A stretch of 64,000 nucleotides of DNA from Micrococcales bacterium (GCA_016703125.1 JADJCR010000003.1:214505-278504), one strand, 5' to 3'; counted from the first letter of the stretch, positions 55,137-64,000 are shown. The notes: generated by a model not told the origin, from the letters alone. Numbers and translations are program-made.

Positions 55137-55973
55137 CTAAGCACGGCGGAAAGTCCGCGGTCCGCCGGACCACTGTGCGACATCACACATACTTTCGGCT
55201 GTCACCACGGCGATCACCGGGTAGCCGCCCGTGGTGGGGTGGTCGGGCCCCAGCACGATCGGCAGTCCGTTGGGCGGCACCTGGACCGCACCCAGAACCA
55301 TCGGCTTGCTGGGCAGTGGGGTGGCGGGCGCCGTCAGTGGTTCACCTGCCAGGCGCACGCCAATCCGGTCGGATTGCGGATCGAGTTCCCAGGTGCGTCC
55401 CAGGAGTTCGGCCAGCGCCGCCTCGTGACCGTCCGGACCGGGCAGGACGGCGAAGGACGTCGACGGGGGGTGCACCGGCACGTGATCCACGAGGGGGTGG
55501 CCGGCGCGCTGAGATCCGGCGCCCAGGACCTGCCCTGCTGCCACAGGCGGCGGGCCGAGTCGGCCGAGGGTGTCGTACGACCGGGAACCGAGCACGGGAC
55601 CCACGTCGATGCCGCCGGCGAAGGATACGTAGTAGCGCAGCCCGATCAGTGGCGGCCCGAGGTGGACCTGCTGGCCGGGTGACACGTGAATGGGCGTGTT
55701 GGTGGACACGTTCCGACCGTCGATGCTGATGCTGCCGACGGCCCCGGCGACTGCCATCGTGACGTGCCGCAGAGATACCCAGGTCAGGCCCCCGGCCAGG
55801 CATTCGAGCGCCGCGGCCTGCTCGGTGTTACCCACGAGTCGATTGGCCAATCGCCAGGCCCGGGTGTCGAACGCGCCCGCCCTGGGCACGCCGAGGTGGG
55901 CGTGGCCCCGGCGACCCGCGTCCTGGATCAGCGTCAGCAGCCCGGGGGACAGCACCTTGATCGTGTCCCTCAT
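55137..55973 (-). CDS. pxpC: 5-oxoprolinase subunit PxpC (biotin-dependent carboxyltransferase family, KipA-like)
   Basis: 278 aa with ..KVLSPGLLTLIQDAGRRGHAHLGVPRAGAFD.. Start overlaps the pxpB stop. Confidence 0.82.
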   Translation of the reverse strand: MRDTIKVLSPGLLTLIQDAGRRGHAHLGVPRAGAFDTRAWRLANRLVGNTEQAAALECLAGGLTWVSLRHVTMAVAGAVGSISIDGRNVSTNTPIHVSPGQQVHLGPPLIGLRYYVSFAGGIDVGPVLGSRSYDTLGRLGPPPVAAGQVLGAGSQRAGHPLVDHVPVHPPSTSFAVLPGPDGHEAALAELLGRTWELDPQSDRIGVRLAGEPLTAPATPLPSKPMVLGAVQVPPNGLPIVLGPDHPTTGGYPVIAVVTAESMCDVAQWSGGPRTFRRA

Positions 55974-56539
55974 GTGAAGCGCACCCGGTCGCCGGGGCGC
56001 AGGAGCGACGGCGGGTCCCGGTACGGGCTGAACAAGGTGGCGTCGCAGGTGCCGAGGAGGTGCCAGCCGCCCGGGGATGACGTCGGGTAGACCGCACAGT
56101 AGCCCGCGGCGATCGCGATGGCACCGGCGGGCACGCTGGCACGAGGCCGTTCCCGCCGGGGTAGGTGCAGGCGTTCATCCACTCCCGTGAGGTATCCGAA
56201 GCCGGGGGCGAAGCCGCAGAAGGCCACAGTGAACGTCGAGCCTCGCATCGTCTCGACCACATCGGCCTGGGACGTGCCCGCACTGTCGGCCACCCCGCCG
56301 AGGTCGGGCCCGTCCCAGACGGCCGCGAGGACGATGGGAGCGCGCGGTTGACGACGGGTCGGGACGTCGGCCAGCGAGGCCAGTGCGGCCTCGACCTCGG
56401 TCCGGCGACCGCGCAGCAGCACGTGACTCTGCCCCGGAACCACGTCGTCGAGGCGGCGGGCGTCGATCGCAGTGGCGACTGCGATCGGATCGTCGACGGC
56501 GATGAGCCACCCGTCCTCGCCGAAGGGCGTGATGTTCAT
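55970..56539 (-). CDS. pxpB: 5-oxoprolinase subunit PxpB (KipI-like)
   Basis: ATG 56539 (MNITPFGEDGWLI..) with ..VAFCGFAPGFGYL.. The longer ORF to 57190 is read-through. ATGA overlap with pxpA. Confidence 0.8.
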   Translation of the reverse strand: MNITPFGEDGWLIAVDDPIAVATAIDARRLDDVVPGQSHVLLRGRRTEVEAALASLADVPTRRQPRAPIVLAAVWDGPDLGGVADSAGTSQADVVETMRGSTFTVAFCGFAPGFGYLTGVDERLHLPRRERPRASVPAGAIAIAAGYCAVYPTSSPGGWHLLGTCDATLFSPYRDPPSLLRPGDRVRFT

Positions 56540-57282
56540 GGCCGCGCCCGCACGCGGATGCCGGTGGAGTCCAGGTGGGTGCGCACCCGGCGAGCGAGGT
56601 CCGCAGCTCCGGGCGTGTCCGAATGCAGGCACACGGATTCGGCGCGCAAAGCGATGAGTCGGCCATCGACCGTGGTGACGCTCCCGCGTGCCAATCGGGT
56701 GACCTGGCCCAGCACCGCCTCGTCGTCGGTCAGCACCGAGCCTGGTTGGCTGCGGGGGACCAGTTGCCCGTCCGCCCGGTAGGCGCGGTCGGCGAAGCCC
56801 TCGTGGATGACGGGCACGCCGTGCGAGCGGGCCAACTGCAGGTACTGGGAACCGGGCTGCCCCATCAGCGCCAGGCGAGTGCCCAACTCCTCGGCCGCCG
56901 CCAGTGCGGCGGTGACGACGGCCGCAGCAACGTCTTTGTCCTGGGCCGCCGCGTGGTACAGCGCGCCGTGCGGCTTGAGGTATTCGACCGGAGCCGGGCT
57001 GTTCCCGGCCAGCCTGAGGACCTGGTCCTGTATCTGCGCCGCCAGTAACCCGGGCGGAACCTGCTGATGATGACGTCCGAAGCTCTCGCGGTCGAGGTAG
57101 GAGGGATGGGCGCCGATACGCACACCCGCATCGGCGGCCAGTGAACTCACCGTCCGCATGGTGGAGTCGTCCCCGGCATGCCCGCCGCACGCGATGTTGA
57201 CGCTGCTGACCACCTCGACGATGCGCTCGTCGAGATCCGCGGCCATCTCGCCGACGTCGGCGTTGAGGTCGATGGTGGTCAT
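56536..57282 (-). CDS. pxpA: 5-oxoprolinase subunit PxpA (LamB/YcsF family)
   Basis: MTTIDLNADVGE.., ..VNIACGGHAGD.. 248 aa. Confidence 0.88.
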   Translation of the reverse strand: MTTIDLNADVGEMAADLDERIVEVVSSVNIACGGHAGDDSTMRTVSSLAADAGVRIGAHPSYLDRESFGRHHQQVPPGLLAAQIQDQVLRLAGNSPAPVEYLKPHGALYHAAAQDKDVAAAVVTAALAAAEELGTRLALMGQPGSQYLQLARSHGVPVIHEGFADRAYRADGQLVPRSQPGSVLTDDEAVLGQVTRLARGSVTTVDGRLIALRAESVCLHSDTPGAADLARRVRTHLDSTGIRVRARP

Positions 57283-57959
57283 GACATAGATGCTGCCTGC
57301 AACCGGTACATCAGATCAATGGCGTGGCGCCCTGCCCGTTCCCCGGCCTGCTCGTATTTCGTGCGGGGCCGCTGTTCGACGCGCGGGCCGTCATGGATGC
57401 ACACGAGTTCGGGATGCCTGCCCAGCACCTCGCGCATGACCTGTGCATAGTCCCGGTCATCGGTCGCCAGGTGCAGCGTGCCACCCGGTGCGAGGACGCG
57501 ACTCACGGCCGTCGCGAACTGTTCGCGCACCAGTCGTCGTTTGTGGTGCCGGGACTTGGGCCAGGGGTCGGGGAAGAAGACCAGCACCGACCGCATCGAG
57601 GCAGCTGCCAGCCGACTGGTCAGCAGGTCCAGCGCGTCCCCGTGCACGACGCGCACGTTGCTGAGGCCTCGTTCCCGCATCTGCAGCAGGGTGCGGGCGA
57701 TGCCTTTGGTGTGGACATCCGCGGCGATGAAGTCCAGGTCCGGGTTCTCAGCCGCCATGAGCAGCACGGTGTCGCCGAGTCCCGAACCGATCTCGAGGAT
57801 CCGCGGGGCCCGGCGACCGAAAACATCGTCGAGATCCAGGGGATCGGGCATGCTCGCCACGTCGTACGCGGAACCCCATGTCAGAGCCTCGCGCTGGCGT
57901 AGGGACAGCCGCCCCCGGCGCGCGTGGTAACTGCGGATGGCTTGGTTCACGGCCGTCAC
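57279..57959 (-). CDS. trmB: tRNA (guanine-N7)-methyltransferase
   Basis: GTG 57959. SAM-binding ILEIGSGLGD. ..FFPDPWPKSRHHKRR.. Confidence 0.88.
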   Translation of the reverse strand: MTAVNQAIRSYHARRGRLSLRQREALTWGSAYDVASMPDPLDLDDVFGRRAPRILEIGSGLGDTVLLMAAENPDLDFIAADVHTKGIARTLLQMRERGLSNVRVVHGDALDLLTSRLAAASMRSVLVFFPDPWPKSRHHKRRLVREQFATAVSRVLAPGGTLHLATDDRDYAQVMREVLGRHPELVCIHDGPRVEQRPRTKYEQAGERAGRHAIDLMYRLQAASMS

Positions 57960-58007
57960 GCTACCGATACACTGAGGTCGGCCTTCGCGCAGGCGGGGCC
58001 GATCCTT

Positions 58008-58084
58008 GGTGGGTGTAGCTCAGCCGGTAGAGCACCTGGTTGTGGTCCAGGGGGTCGCGGGTTCAAGTCCCGTCACTCACCCCA
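58008..58084 (+). tRNA. tRNA-His (anticodon GTG), with encoded G-1 and CCA
   Basis: Manual cloverleaf. G-1 at 58008. Acceptor gtgggtg/cactcac. D arm gctc-agccggta-gagc. Anticodon arm cctgg-ttGTGgt-ccagg (anticodon 58042-58044). T arm gcggg-ttcaagt-cccgt. C73 at 58081, CCA at 58082-58084. Confidence 0.93.
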
Positions 58085-58090
58085 CGATGG

Positions 58091-58120
58091 AAGACCCCGC
58101 AGGCTTGCGGGGTCTTTTGT
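58091..58120 (+). terminator. intrinsic terminator after tRNA-His (copy 1)
   Basis: aagaccccgca-ggct-tgcggggtctt followed by ttgt. 11-bp stem. Confidence 0.75.
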
Positions 58121-58200
58121 CGTGTTGGGGGTGGTTCTGCGGGGCTTGGGAGGAGGGCGCCGGAGGCGGCCGACGGCTCCCGTCACTCACCCCACGATGG

Positions 58201-58230
58201 AAGACCCCGCAGGCTTGCGGGGTCTTTTGT
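58201..58230 (+). terminator. intrinsic terminator hairpin (copy 2; could also act on the convergent minus-strand gene)
   Basis: Identical hairpin inside the second repeat copy. On the minus strand it reads aaaagaccccgcaagcctgcggggtctt. Confidence 0.6.
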
Positions 58231-58284
58231 CGTGTTGGGGGTGGTTCTGCGGGGCTTGGGAAGCCCCGACCGTCCGGGGCGCTG

Positions 58285-60878
58285 TCACTGCGTTGCGGGC
58301 ACATCCTGCGCGCCCCCCGCGATTTCGGACATCAGCCGCCCGATCGGCTTGGGCCGGCTCCACAGGAACCCCTGCCCCCGGGTGCACCCGAGCCGCCGCA
58401 GCTCCTGGGCCTGGTCCTCCGTCTCGACCCCCTCCGCAACGATCGACAGGCCCAGCGCATCGGCCAGCCCCACGATGGCGTTGACGATCGCGCAACTCCG
58501 CGGATCCGTGAGCATCGCCGCGATGAACGACTTGTCGATCTTCAGTTCGTCCAGGGGGAGGTGGACCAGGCGGCTCAGAGAGCTGTAGCCCGTGCCGAAG
58601 TCGTCCACGGCGATGCGTACCCCCGCGCCCCGCAGGTCCTCCAGCTCCGCGGTCAGGGACCCGCGTACCGACTCCAGATCCGCTTCGGTGAGTTCGAGCA
58701 CCAGGCCACCGGCAGGAGCCCCGGATCGTTCGAGTGCTGCCAGCACCTGCTCGGCGAGGTCGCCGCGGCGTAGCAGTGGCGCGGAGATGTTGACGTGCAT
58801 GCGCGGGTACGTGCCATCACGCGACCAATCGGCCAGCATGCGGCAGGACTCAGCCACGATCCAGGACTCCAGGTTGGCGCCGTTCGGTCCGGAACACACG
58901 ATGTCCAACCACTGGGCGGGATACAGCAGCCCACGGGTCGGGTGCTGCCAGCGAACCAGTACCTCCGCCGCAACAGTCTTACCGGAAAGCAGGTCGATGA
59001 TGGGCTGGGCGTACAGCGCGATCTCCCGGCGTTCGATGGCACCCTCGAAGTCCGCTGCCACGGTGGCGTCGCGCACGACCTGTTCGTGGAAGGACTCGTC
59101 GAACCAGGTGGACCTGCCGCGGCTCTGGGACTTTGACATGTACATGGCAGTGTCGGCGTCCCTCAGCAACTGCTCGACACTGCTGCCCGGCTCACTGGCC
59201 GTGACGCCCATGCTGGCGGACACCCGATAGGTACCCGACGAGACGCTGAATGGCTTGTCGAAGGCGGTCCGCAGGCGGGAGGTGATCGCCGTGACCACAG
59301 GGCCGCCGGCACCCGGCAGCACGATGGCGAACTCGTCACCCCCCAGGCGAGCCACCGTGTCCCCTTCGCGCACGATCGCACTGAGGCGGGTGGCGGCTTC
59401 CCGCAGGATCTCGTCGCCCACGGCGTGCCCGGCCGCATCATTGACCCGTTTGAAGTCGTCGAGGTCCAGCACGAGGACGGCCGCCGGCTGCCCGGTCCGG
59501 CCGGCGTCGGCCACCGCTCGCTTCAGCCGGTCCTGCAGCAGAGAGCGGTTGGGCAGGCCGGTCAGGGTGTCATGGATCGCAAGGTGCTCCAGTTGACGTT
59601 CCATCGTCTTCCGCGAGGTCGTCTCCGCGAGCTGGATGACGAGCAGCCCCGGCTCGTCCGTCAGTGGGGATACGGCGATGTCGGCCCAGCGCGGGCGTTC
59701 CCTCCCGGCGTGCAGTTCGATCTCGTCCCGCCAGCCCGGACTGTGTCCGTCGGCGATGTCGGTCAGGATCGCCAGCGCGACGGGGGCTGACCGGCCGAGG
59801 AGCTCGTCCCAGGGGATTTCGGCGCGCTCATCGACATCCAACAGGTCAGCAGCCACCGCGTTCATCTCGACCACCTCGAGTTGCCCGCTGACGCTGGTGA
59901 GGATGACCTCGCCCAGCAACGCGTCCTCGAAGCCGCCGCGCAGGATGCGCTCACTGCGCCCCACCTGGGCGAGGATGAGCCGGCGCTGGTGTGCGGTGAG
60001 GGCGGGCGACAGGATGACCACCAGGGTGCTGACCACGAAGAGTTGGGTGAGCATGAAATCGGTCAATGACAGCGTGCCGGGCGGCGTGTTCGCCGGGGTC
60101 AGACCCAGGGCGCTTGACAGGGGGCCCAGGCCGAAGGCGGTGAGGGTCAGCGCTGCCATCAGGGACAGTGAGACCTCAAGAGTGGTCACCCGGAGGGGGA
60201 ACCGCATGGCTGCCCACAGCAGGGGGACCAGCAGCAGGAAGGCCTGACTCAGCCTCGGCTCCACGCTGAAGATGAGAATCGTGGACAGTGCGACCAGGCT
60301 CACTGGGCCCAGGCCTCCACGCGGGGTGACGTCATCCGGTCCGTGGGCTGGCGCAGGACCAAGGGGACCACGAGCAGGGTGGCGCTGGCATGGGAGGCGA
60401 GCAGGTGCAGGAACAGTGGCCAGGGTGCGCCGTCGGTCAGGAGCACCACCGTCGTGGTCGCACCCACCGCGACGACGAAAGCCCCCAGGGCAGCCGCCAC
60501 CAGCAGTCGCCACAGGTCGTTGAGTGTCTCCAACGAAGGCCTGCCGACCCTGCCCCGTAGCAGCCACCATGCCGCGGTGGCAGCTTCGGCCGCATTGCAG
60601 ATCCCGAACAGCGCAGACAACGTGAGGGGGCGCCCGGCGAGGACGTTGCCGGCCAGCGAGGCGAACAGCACGATAAGCACGATGACCGCGCGGGCCCGCG
60701 GCACGGCCGTGATCACCGCGGCCACGGCGACGCCGGCCGCCGGCCACCACAGGGCCACGCCGTCGGTCAACCTGCTGCCTTCCACCGATGCCCAAGCGAT
60801 CACGAGGATGACGACGGCTGTGCCGAGCGCGTGCGCCCACGGCTGGACTCGTCGTCGAGGCACGGTGAGCGGGGACAT
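58285..60878 (-). pseudogene. membrane sensor protein MASE1-PAS-GGDEF-EAL (c-di-GMP turnover), apparent single-base frameshift (possibly an assembly error)
   Basis: The N-terminal multi-TM MASE1-like region is in ORF 60300..60881 (ATG 60878 overlaps the upstream stop). The remainder is in ORF 58285.. (more TM helices, PAS, GGDEF with RLGGDEF, and EAL with ..EVLVRWQHP.., ..DDFGTGYSSL..). The switch is at the G-run 60323-60326 (plus strand). Confidence 0.82.
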
Positions 60879-61555
60879 CAATGCGTCCGCTCCGGCGCGG
60901 CGGCGGAGTTGAGCCGCTGAAGGACGGGAGCGATCGCATCGACGGCAGGCACCGGGATGCGTAGATCGGGGGCGTCGACCGGTTCAAGCGCTGTCAGCCG
61001 CAGCGGAAGGGTTCCCGCCCACACTGGTGCGCTGAGGTCGGCGGGGTCGTCATCCGGCGGTCCGTCGCTGATCTTCACCGACCACTCGGCCAGCGGCAGG
61101 GCCACGATCGAGGTGGCTGCCAGTTCCTTGCGGGAGGGGGTCCGCAGAGTGTCCCACCTGCCCGGCAGAAGGTGCTCGGTCATGACCTGCAGGCCGGCCA
61201 GCAGATCATCCCCTGCCAGCGGCTCAGCGACGCCGAACACCATGGCGCAGCGGTAGTTCATGGAGGACTCGAACGCGCTGCGGGCCAGCACCAGGGCGTC
61301 GAGGTGCGTGATCGTGGCACAGGTCGCGGCGCCCGCCGCCAGGGTGCGCATCAGCCTGCTTCCGGTGGATCCATGCAGCAACAGTCGCTCGCCGTCGCGC
61401 GCGCAGGCCATCGGAAGAACGTAAGGCTGCCCGTCGTCGACGATGCCCACGTGGGCCACCATCGCGGCATCCAGGATGGCGTGCAGCGCGCCCCGATCGG
61501 CGACCGCCTTCTCCGGCAGTCGTCGCACCCGGTTCCGGGGCGTTTCCGTGGCCAT
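60878..61555 (-). CDS. pyridoxamine 5'-phosphate oxidase family (FMN-binding split-barrel) protein
   Basis: ATG 61555 (MATETPRNRVRRLPEKA..) with ..AHVGIVDDGQPYVLPMACARDGERLLLHGS.. Alternative starts at 61564 and 61567. Confidence 0.65.
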   Translation of the reverse strand: MATETPRNRVRRLPEKAVADRGALHAILDAAMVAHVGIVDDGQPYVLPMACARDGERLLLHGSTGSRLMRTLAAGAATCATITHLDALVLARSAFESSMNYRCAMVFGVAEPLAGDDLLAGLQVMTEHLLPGRWDTLRTPSRKELAATSIVALPLAEWSVKISDGPPDDDPADLSAPVWAGTLPLRLTALEPVDAPDLRIPVPAVDAIAPVLQRLNSAAAPERTH

Positions 61556-61704
61556 GTGTCTCATCATCGGCCGTGCGGCGCAAAGTTCGCATTTCGGAAA
61601 CCAGCCGCCCGCCCAGGTGACTCGTGCAGGGCGGCGTGTGCTTGCACAGAGTGATCAGTCCCCTGCGTCGCGCTTAGACCCGCCGCTTCGGCGGTCCCGT
61701 GGCC

Positions 61705-62766
61705 TCAAGGGATCCGCGTCGGATCCTCCCAGATGTTGATCCCGGCATCGTGGGCGAACGTGTCGATGGCGGCCAGTTCCTCCGCCGAGAAATCGAGGTT
61801 GGCGACCGCGCCAAGGGTGTCGTGCAGTTGCGCCACGCTGCTGGCACCGATGAGCGTCGAGGTGACGCGGCGATCGCGCAAGGTCCAGGCCACGGCCAAC
61901 TGCGCCACGGTCTGCCCCCGCGACTCGGCGATCTCCTGCAACCCACGGATCGAGGCGAGGTACTGCGCGGACAACCACTCGGGATCGAGTGACGCGTCCC
62001 GGGCAGCCCGGGAGTCCGCCGGGATGCCGTCGAGGTAGCGCGTCGTGAGCATCCCTTGGGCCAAGGGGCTGAAGCCGATGCAGCCGACGCCCAGATCGTC
62101 GAGGGTGTCCAGCAGATCGGCCTCGATCCAGCGGTTGAACATCGAGTACGACGGCTGATGGATCAGCAGCGGGACACCCATGTCGGACAGGATCCCGGCG
62201 GCGCGCCGGGTGCGCGACGGGGAGTAGGAGGAGATGCCGACGTAGAGCGCTTTGCCCTGGTGGACCGCTGACGCGAGTGCACCCATGGTCTCCTCGAGCG
62301 GGGTCTGCGGATCCGCGCGGTGGCTGTAGAAGATGTCGACGTAGTCCAGGCCGAGTCGCTGCAGGCTCTGGTCCAGGCTGGCCAGCAAGTACTTGCGCGA
62401 ACCCAGGAAACCGTACGGTCCGGGCCACATGTCCCAGCCCGCTTTGGTCGAGATGATCAACTCATCGCGCAGGCCACGGAAGTCCTCGCGCAGGATGCGA
62501 CCGACGTTGAGTTCCGCGCTGCCGTAGGGCGGTCCGTAGTTGTTCGCCAGATCGAAGTGCGTGATCCCGGCGTCGAAGGCCGCACGCATGATCGCCCGCT
62601 GGCGTGACAGTGGGGTCTCGTCGCCGAAGTTGTGCCAGAAGCCCAGCGACACGGCCGGCAGCGTGAGGCCGCTGACACCGCACCTGCGTTGCGGCATGCG
62701 ATCGTCGTAGCGGTCGGGGTCGGGCAGATACGTGTCCAGCAGTCCCATGGCCCCATCTTCGCCCAT
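61705..62766 (-). CDS. aldo/keto reductase (YghZ/L-glyceraldehyde-3-phosphate reductase-like)
   Basis: Start ATG 62766 or 62748 (MGLLDTYLPDPDRYD..). ..GITHFDLANNYGPPYGSAE.., ..ISTKAG.., ..FYSHRAD.. The upstream 360 bp of ORF 61705..63129 is repeat DNA, not coding. Confidence 0.85.
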   Translation of the reverse strand: MGEDGAMGLLDTYLPDPDRYDDRMPQRRCGVSGLTLPAVSLGFWHNFGDETPLSRQRAIMRAAFDAGITHFDLANNYGPPYGSAELNVGRILREDFRGLRDELIISTKAGWDMWPGPYGFLGSRKYLLASLDQSLQRLGLDYVDIFYSHRADPQTPLEETMGALASAVHQGKALYVGISSYSPSRTRRAAGILSDMGVPLLIHQPSYSMFNRWIEADLLDTLDDLGVGCIGFSPLAQGMLTTRYLDGIPADSRAARDASLDPEWLSAQYLASIRGLQEIAESRGQTVAQLAVAWTLRDRRVTSTLIGASSVAQLHDTLGAVANLDFSAEELAAIDTFAHDAGINIWEDPTRIP

Positions 62767-62791
62767 CGCAGCCGGACGCGGCACCAGCGAC

Positions 62792-63133
62792 GGCGGGTGC
62801 GTCGGGGCGCGATCCGGGCATCGGGGCGAGATCCGACCGGTTGTCGTGCCCGAAGGGGGGTCCGGCAGGTGCATCGGGGAGCGATCCGGAAACCGGGGGA
62901 GCGATCCAACCGGTCTTTTTCGCTCCCGGGTGTCGGTTTCACTCCCGGGTGGGTCTGGCGGTGCACCGGGGCGCGATCCGGGCAGCGGGGCGAGATCCGA
63001 CCGGTTGTCGTGCCCGAAGGGGGGTCCGGCAGGTGCATCGGGGAGCGATCCGGAAACCGGGGAGCGATCCAACCGGTCTTTTTCGCTCCCGGGTGTCGGT
63101 TTCACTCCCGGGTGGGTCTGGCGGTGCACCGGG
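62792..63133. repeat. tandem duplication, about 2.1 copies of a 163-165-bp unit, each with four copies of a GGGG[AC]G[CA]GATCC sub-motif
   Basis: Unit starts (ggcgg(g)tgc) at 62792, 62957 and 63120. The two full copies differ by 1 substitution (62820 T vs 62984 G) and 1 G-run indel (62895-62899). Lies in the intergenic region between the orn stop and the AKR start. Confidence 0.88.
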
Positions 63134-63151
63134 AACGCACTCTGGCAGGTC

Positions 63152-63724
63152 TCAGGAAACCCCGGGCGGCGGCAGCATCACCGCTGAGCGGTAGTAGGCC
63201 AACTCCGCGATCGAATCCTGGGTGTCGCCGAGGGCGCGGTGGTTGCCGGTTTTGGTAGGGGCTGAGTAGTAGATCTTGGGGTACCAGCGCCGCACCAGTT
63301 CCTTGATGCTCGAGACGTCCACGAGCCGGTAGTGCAGGAAGGCGTCGAGATCCGGCATGAACTTGGCGAGAAAGCCCCGGTCCACATAGATGCTGGAGCC
63401 GCACAACGGGGCCTTGCGGGCAACCGGGATGTGCGACTTGACGTATGCCAGGACCTGGGTCTGGGCGTCATCGAGCGGCATCCCGTCGGCGATCTCTGGA
63501 AGCAGCCCCGACTCCTCGTGCATCTGGCGCACGACGTCGGGCATATGGGACATGGCCTTGGCCGAGGCGCTGATCACGAAGGAGACGCCGGCGTCGAGGG
63601 GAGTGAGGTCGGACTCGGTCACGATGCACGCGATCTCGACCAGTTCGTCCCTCTCCAGGTCCAAGCCCGTCATCTCGCAGTCCAGCCAGACCAGGCGGTC
63701 GCCGGGGTTGTTCGTCACCGTCAC
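63152..63724 (-). CDS. orn: oligoribonuclease
   Basis: GTG 63724. DEDDh motifs LVWLDCEMTGL, ..CGSSIYVDRGFL.., ..HRALGDTQDS. 190 aa. Confidence 0.92.
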   Translation of the reverse strand: MTVTNNPGDRLVWLDCEMTGLDLERDELVEIACIVTESDLTPLDAGVSFVISASAKAMSHMPDVVRQMHEESGLLPEIADGMPLDDAQTQVLAYVKSHIPVARKAPLCGSSIYVDRGFLAKFMPDLDAFLHYRLVDVSSIKELVRRWYPKIYYSAPTKTGNHRALGDTQDSIAELAYYRSAVMLPPPGVS

Positions 63725-63727
63725 AGC

Positions 63728-64000
63728 CTAGTGCGGGCCGTCGCCGCCGGGACGGAAGAACCAGTCCTGATCATGAGTGTCGCTCTGCGGTGGGGCGAAG
63801 GGCTCGAACGGCTGGTCGGCCGGAACCACGGGGTGCAGGCGCCGCCATGCCACCGCAATTCCGGCGGCGAGGATGACCGCGAGGAGCCCCCAGGCGGCCA
63901 GGGTGCTGCCGGTAGAACCACTGGTGGTGGAGCCGGGCATCGTGTAGATGTACGAGACCTTGCCGGCTGCCCCTTCGGGCGCCCCGTACGGAAGTGCGTC
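63728..64000 (-). CDS. C-terminal part of an unidentified membrane-spanning protein (frame open to the window edge)
   Basis: No stop between 63941 and 64000 in this frame (..DALPYGAPEGAAGKVSYIYTMPGSTTSGSTGSTLAAWGLLAVILAAGIAVAWRR..). One TM helix. Alternatively a 70-aa ORF from ATG 63940. Confidence 0.35.
   Translation of the reverse strand, partial: DALPYGAPEGAAGKVSYIYTMPGSTTSGSTGSTLAAWGLLAVILAAGIAVAWRRLHPVVPADQPFEPFAPPQSDTHDQDWFFRPGGDGPH

Larger units (their letters stand above)
58068..58261. repeat. perfect 84-bp direct repeat with a 110-bp period: tRNA-His 3' end (17 nt), terminator hairpin and 37 bp duplicated
   Basis: 58068-58151 is identical (84/84) to 58178-58261. The 26-bp spacer is ggagggcgccggaggcggccgacggc (58152-58177). 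Confidence 0.9.

Noticed and set aside
58085-58285. Intact genomic island or prophage integrated at tRNA-His.
   Set aside because: Only 26 bp separate the two att-like repeats. No integrase, excisionase or phage genes flank the tRNA. The neighbours are trmB and a GGDEF-EAL sensor with ordinary composition.
61705-63129. 474-aa ORF giving the aldo/keto reductase a 120-aa N-terminal extension.
   Set aside because: The extension is the translation of the 163/165-bp tandem repeat. The period is not divisible by 3, so the two copies are read in different frames, and the sequence is low-complexity Pro/Gly/Arg. The AKR family N-terminus starts at ATG 62766 or 62748.

Overview
This is a 64-kb, roughly 70% GC actinobacterial chromosomal segment; the taxon cannot be fixed from this window alone. 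It follows the conserved actinobacterial backbone argS-lysA-hom-thrC-thrB-rho-rpmE-prfA-prmC-(tsaC-like)-(glyA)-wecA-atpI/Z-atpBEFHAGDC-pduO-murA-...-nucS. Downstream come acyl-CoA and lipid metabolism genes (two 3-hydroxyacyl-CoA dehydrogenases, ccr-mce-thiolase-meaB, WS/DGAT). These are followed by an ABC-2 exporter, an ABC-F ATPase, two c-di-GMP signalling proteins, trmB-pxpABC, tRNA-His and orn. I call about 70 protein genes and 1 tRNA. I see no rRNA, CRISPR, transposase or integrase, and I do not see a convincing new multi-gene system; most of the window is ordinary core genome.

The dominant technical feature is at least 15 single-base frame disruptions in 12-13 otherwise well-conserved genes, including rho, atpG (twice), murA and prmC. 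Most sit at short homopolymers, which most likely reflects indel-type assembly error, so every frameshifted call needs read-level confirmation.

Loci worth a second look:
1. A DUF559 (Vsr-like endonuclease fold) gene between atpC and pduO, bracketed by 96-bp direct repeats built from nested inverted copies of a 16-nt motif.
2. A perfect 84-bp repeat (110-bp period) duplicating the 3' end of tRNA-His plus its terminator.
3. A near-perfect ~164-bp tandem duplication with an internal GATCC-core sub-repeat between orn and an aldo/keto reductase.
4. An ArsR-rhodanese / DsrE / cysteine desulfurase module with a perfect 7-N8-7 palindrome in its divergent promoter.
5. A C-rich, G-poor ~300-nt rho leader.
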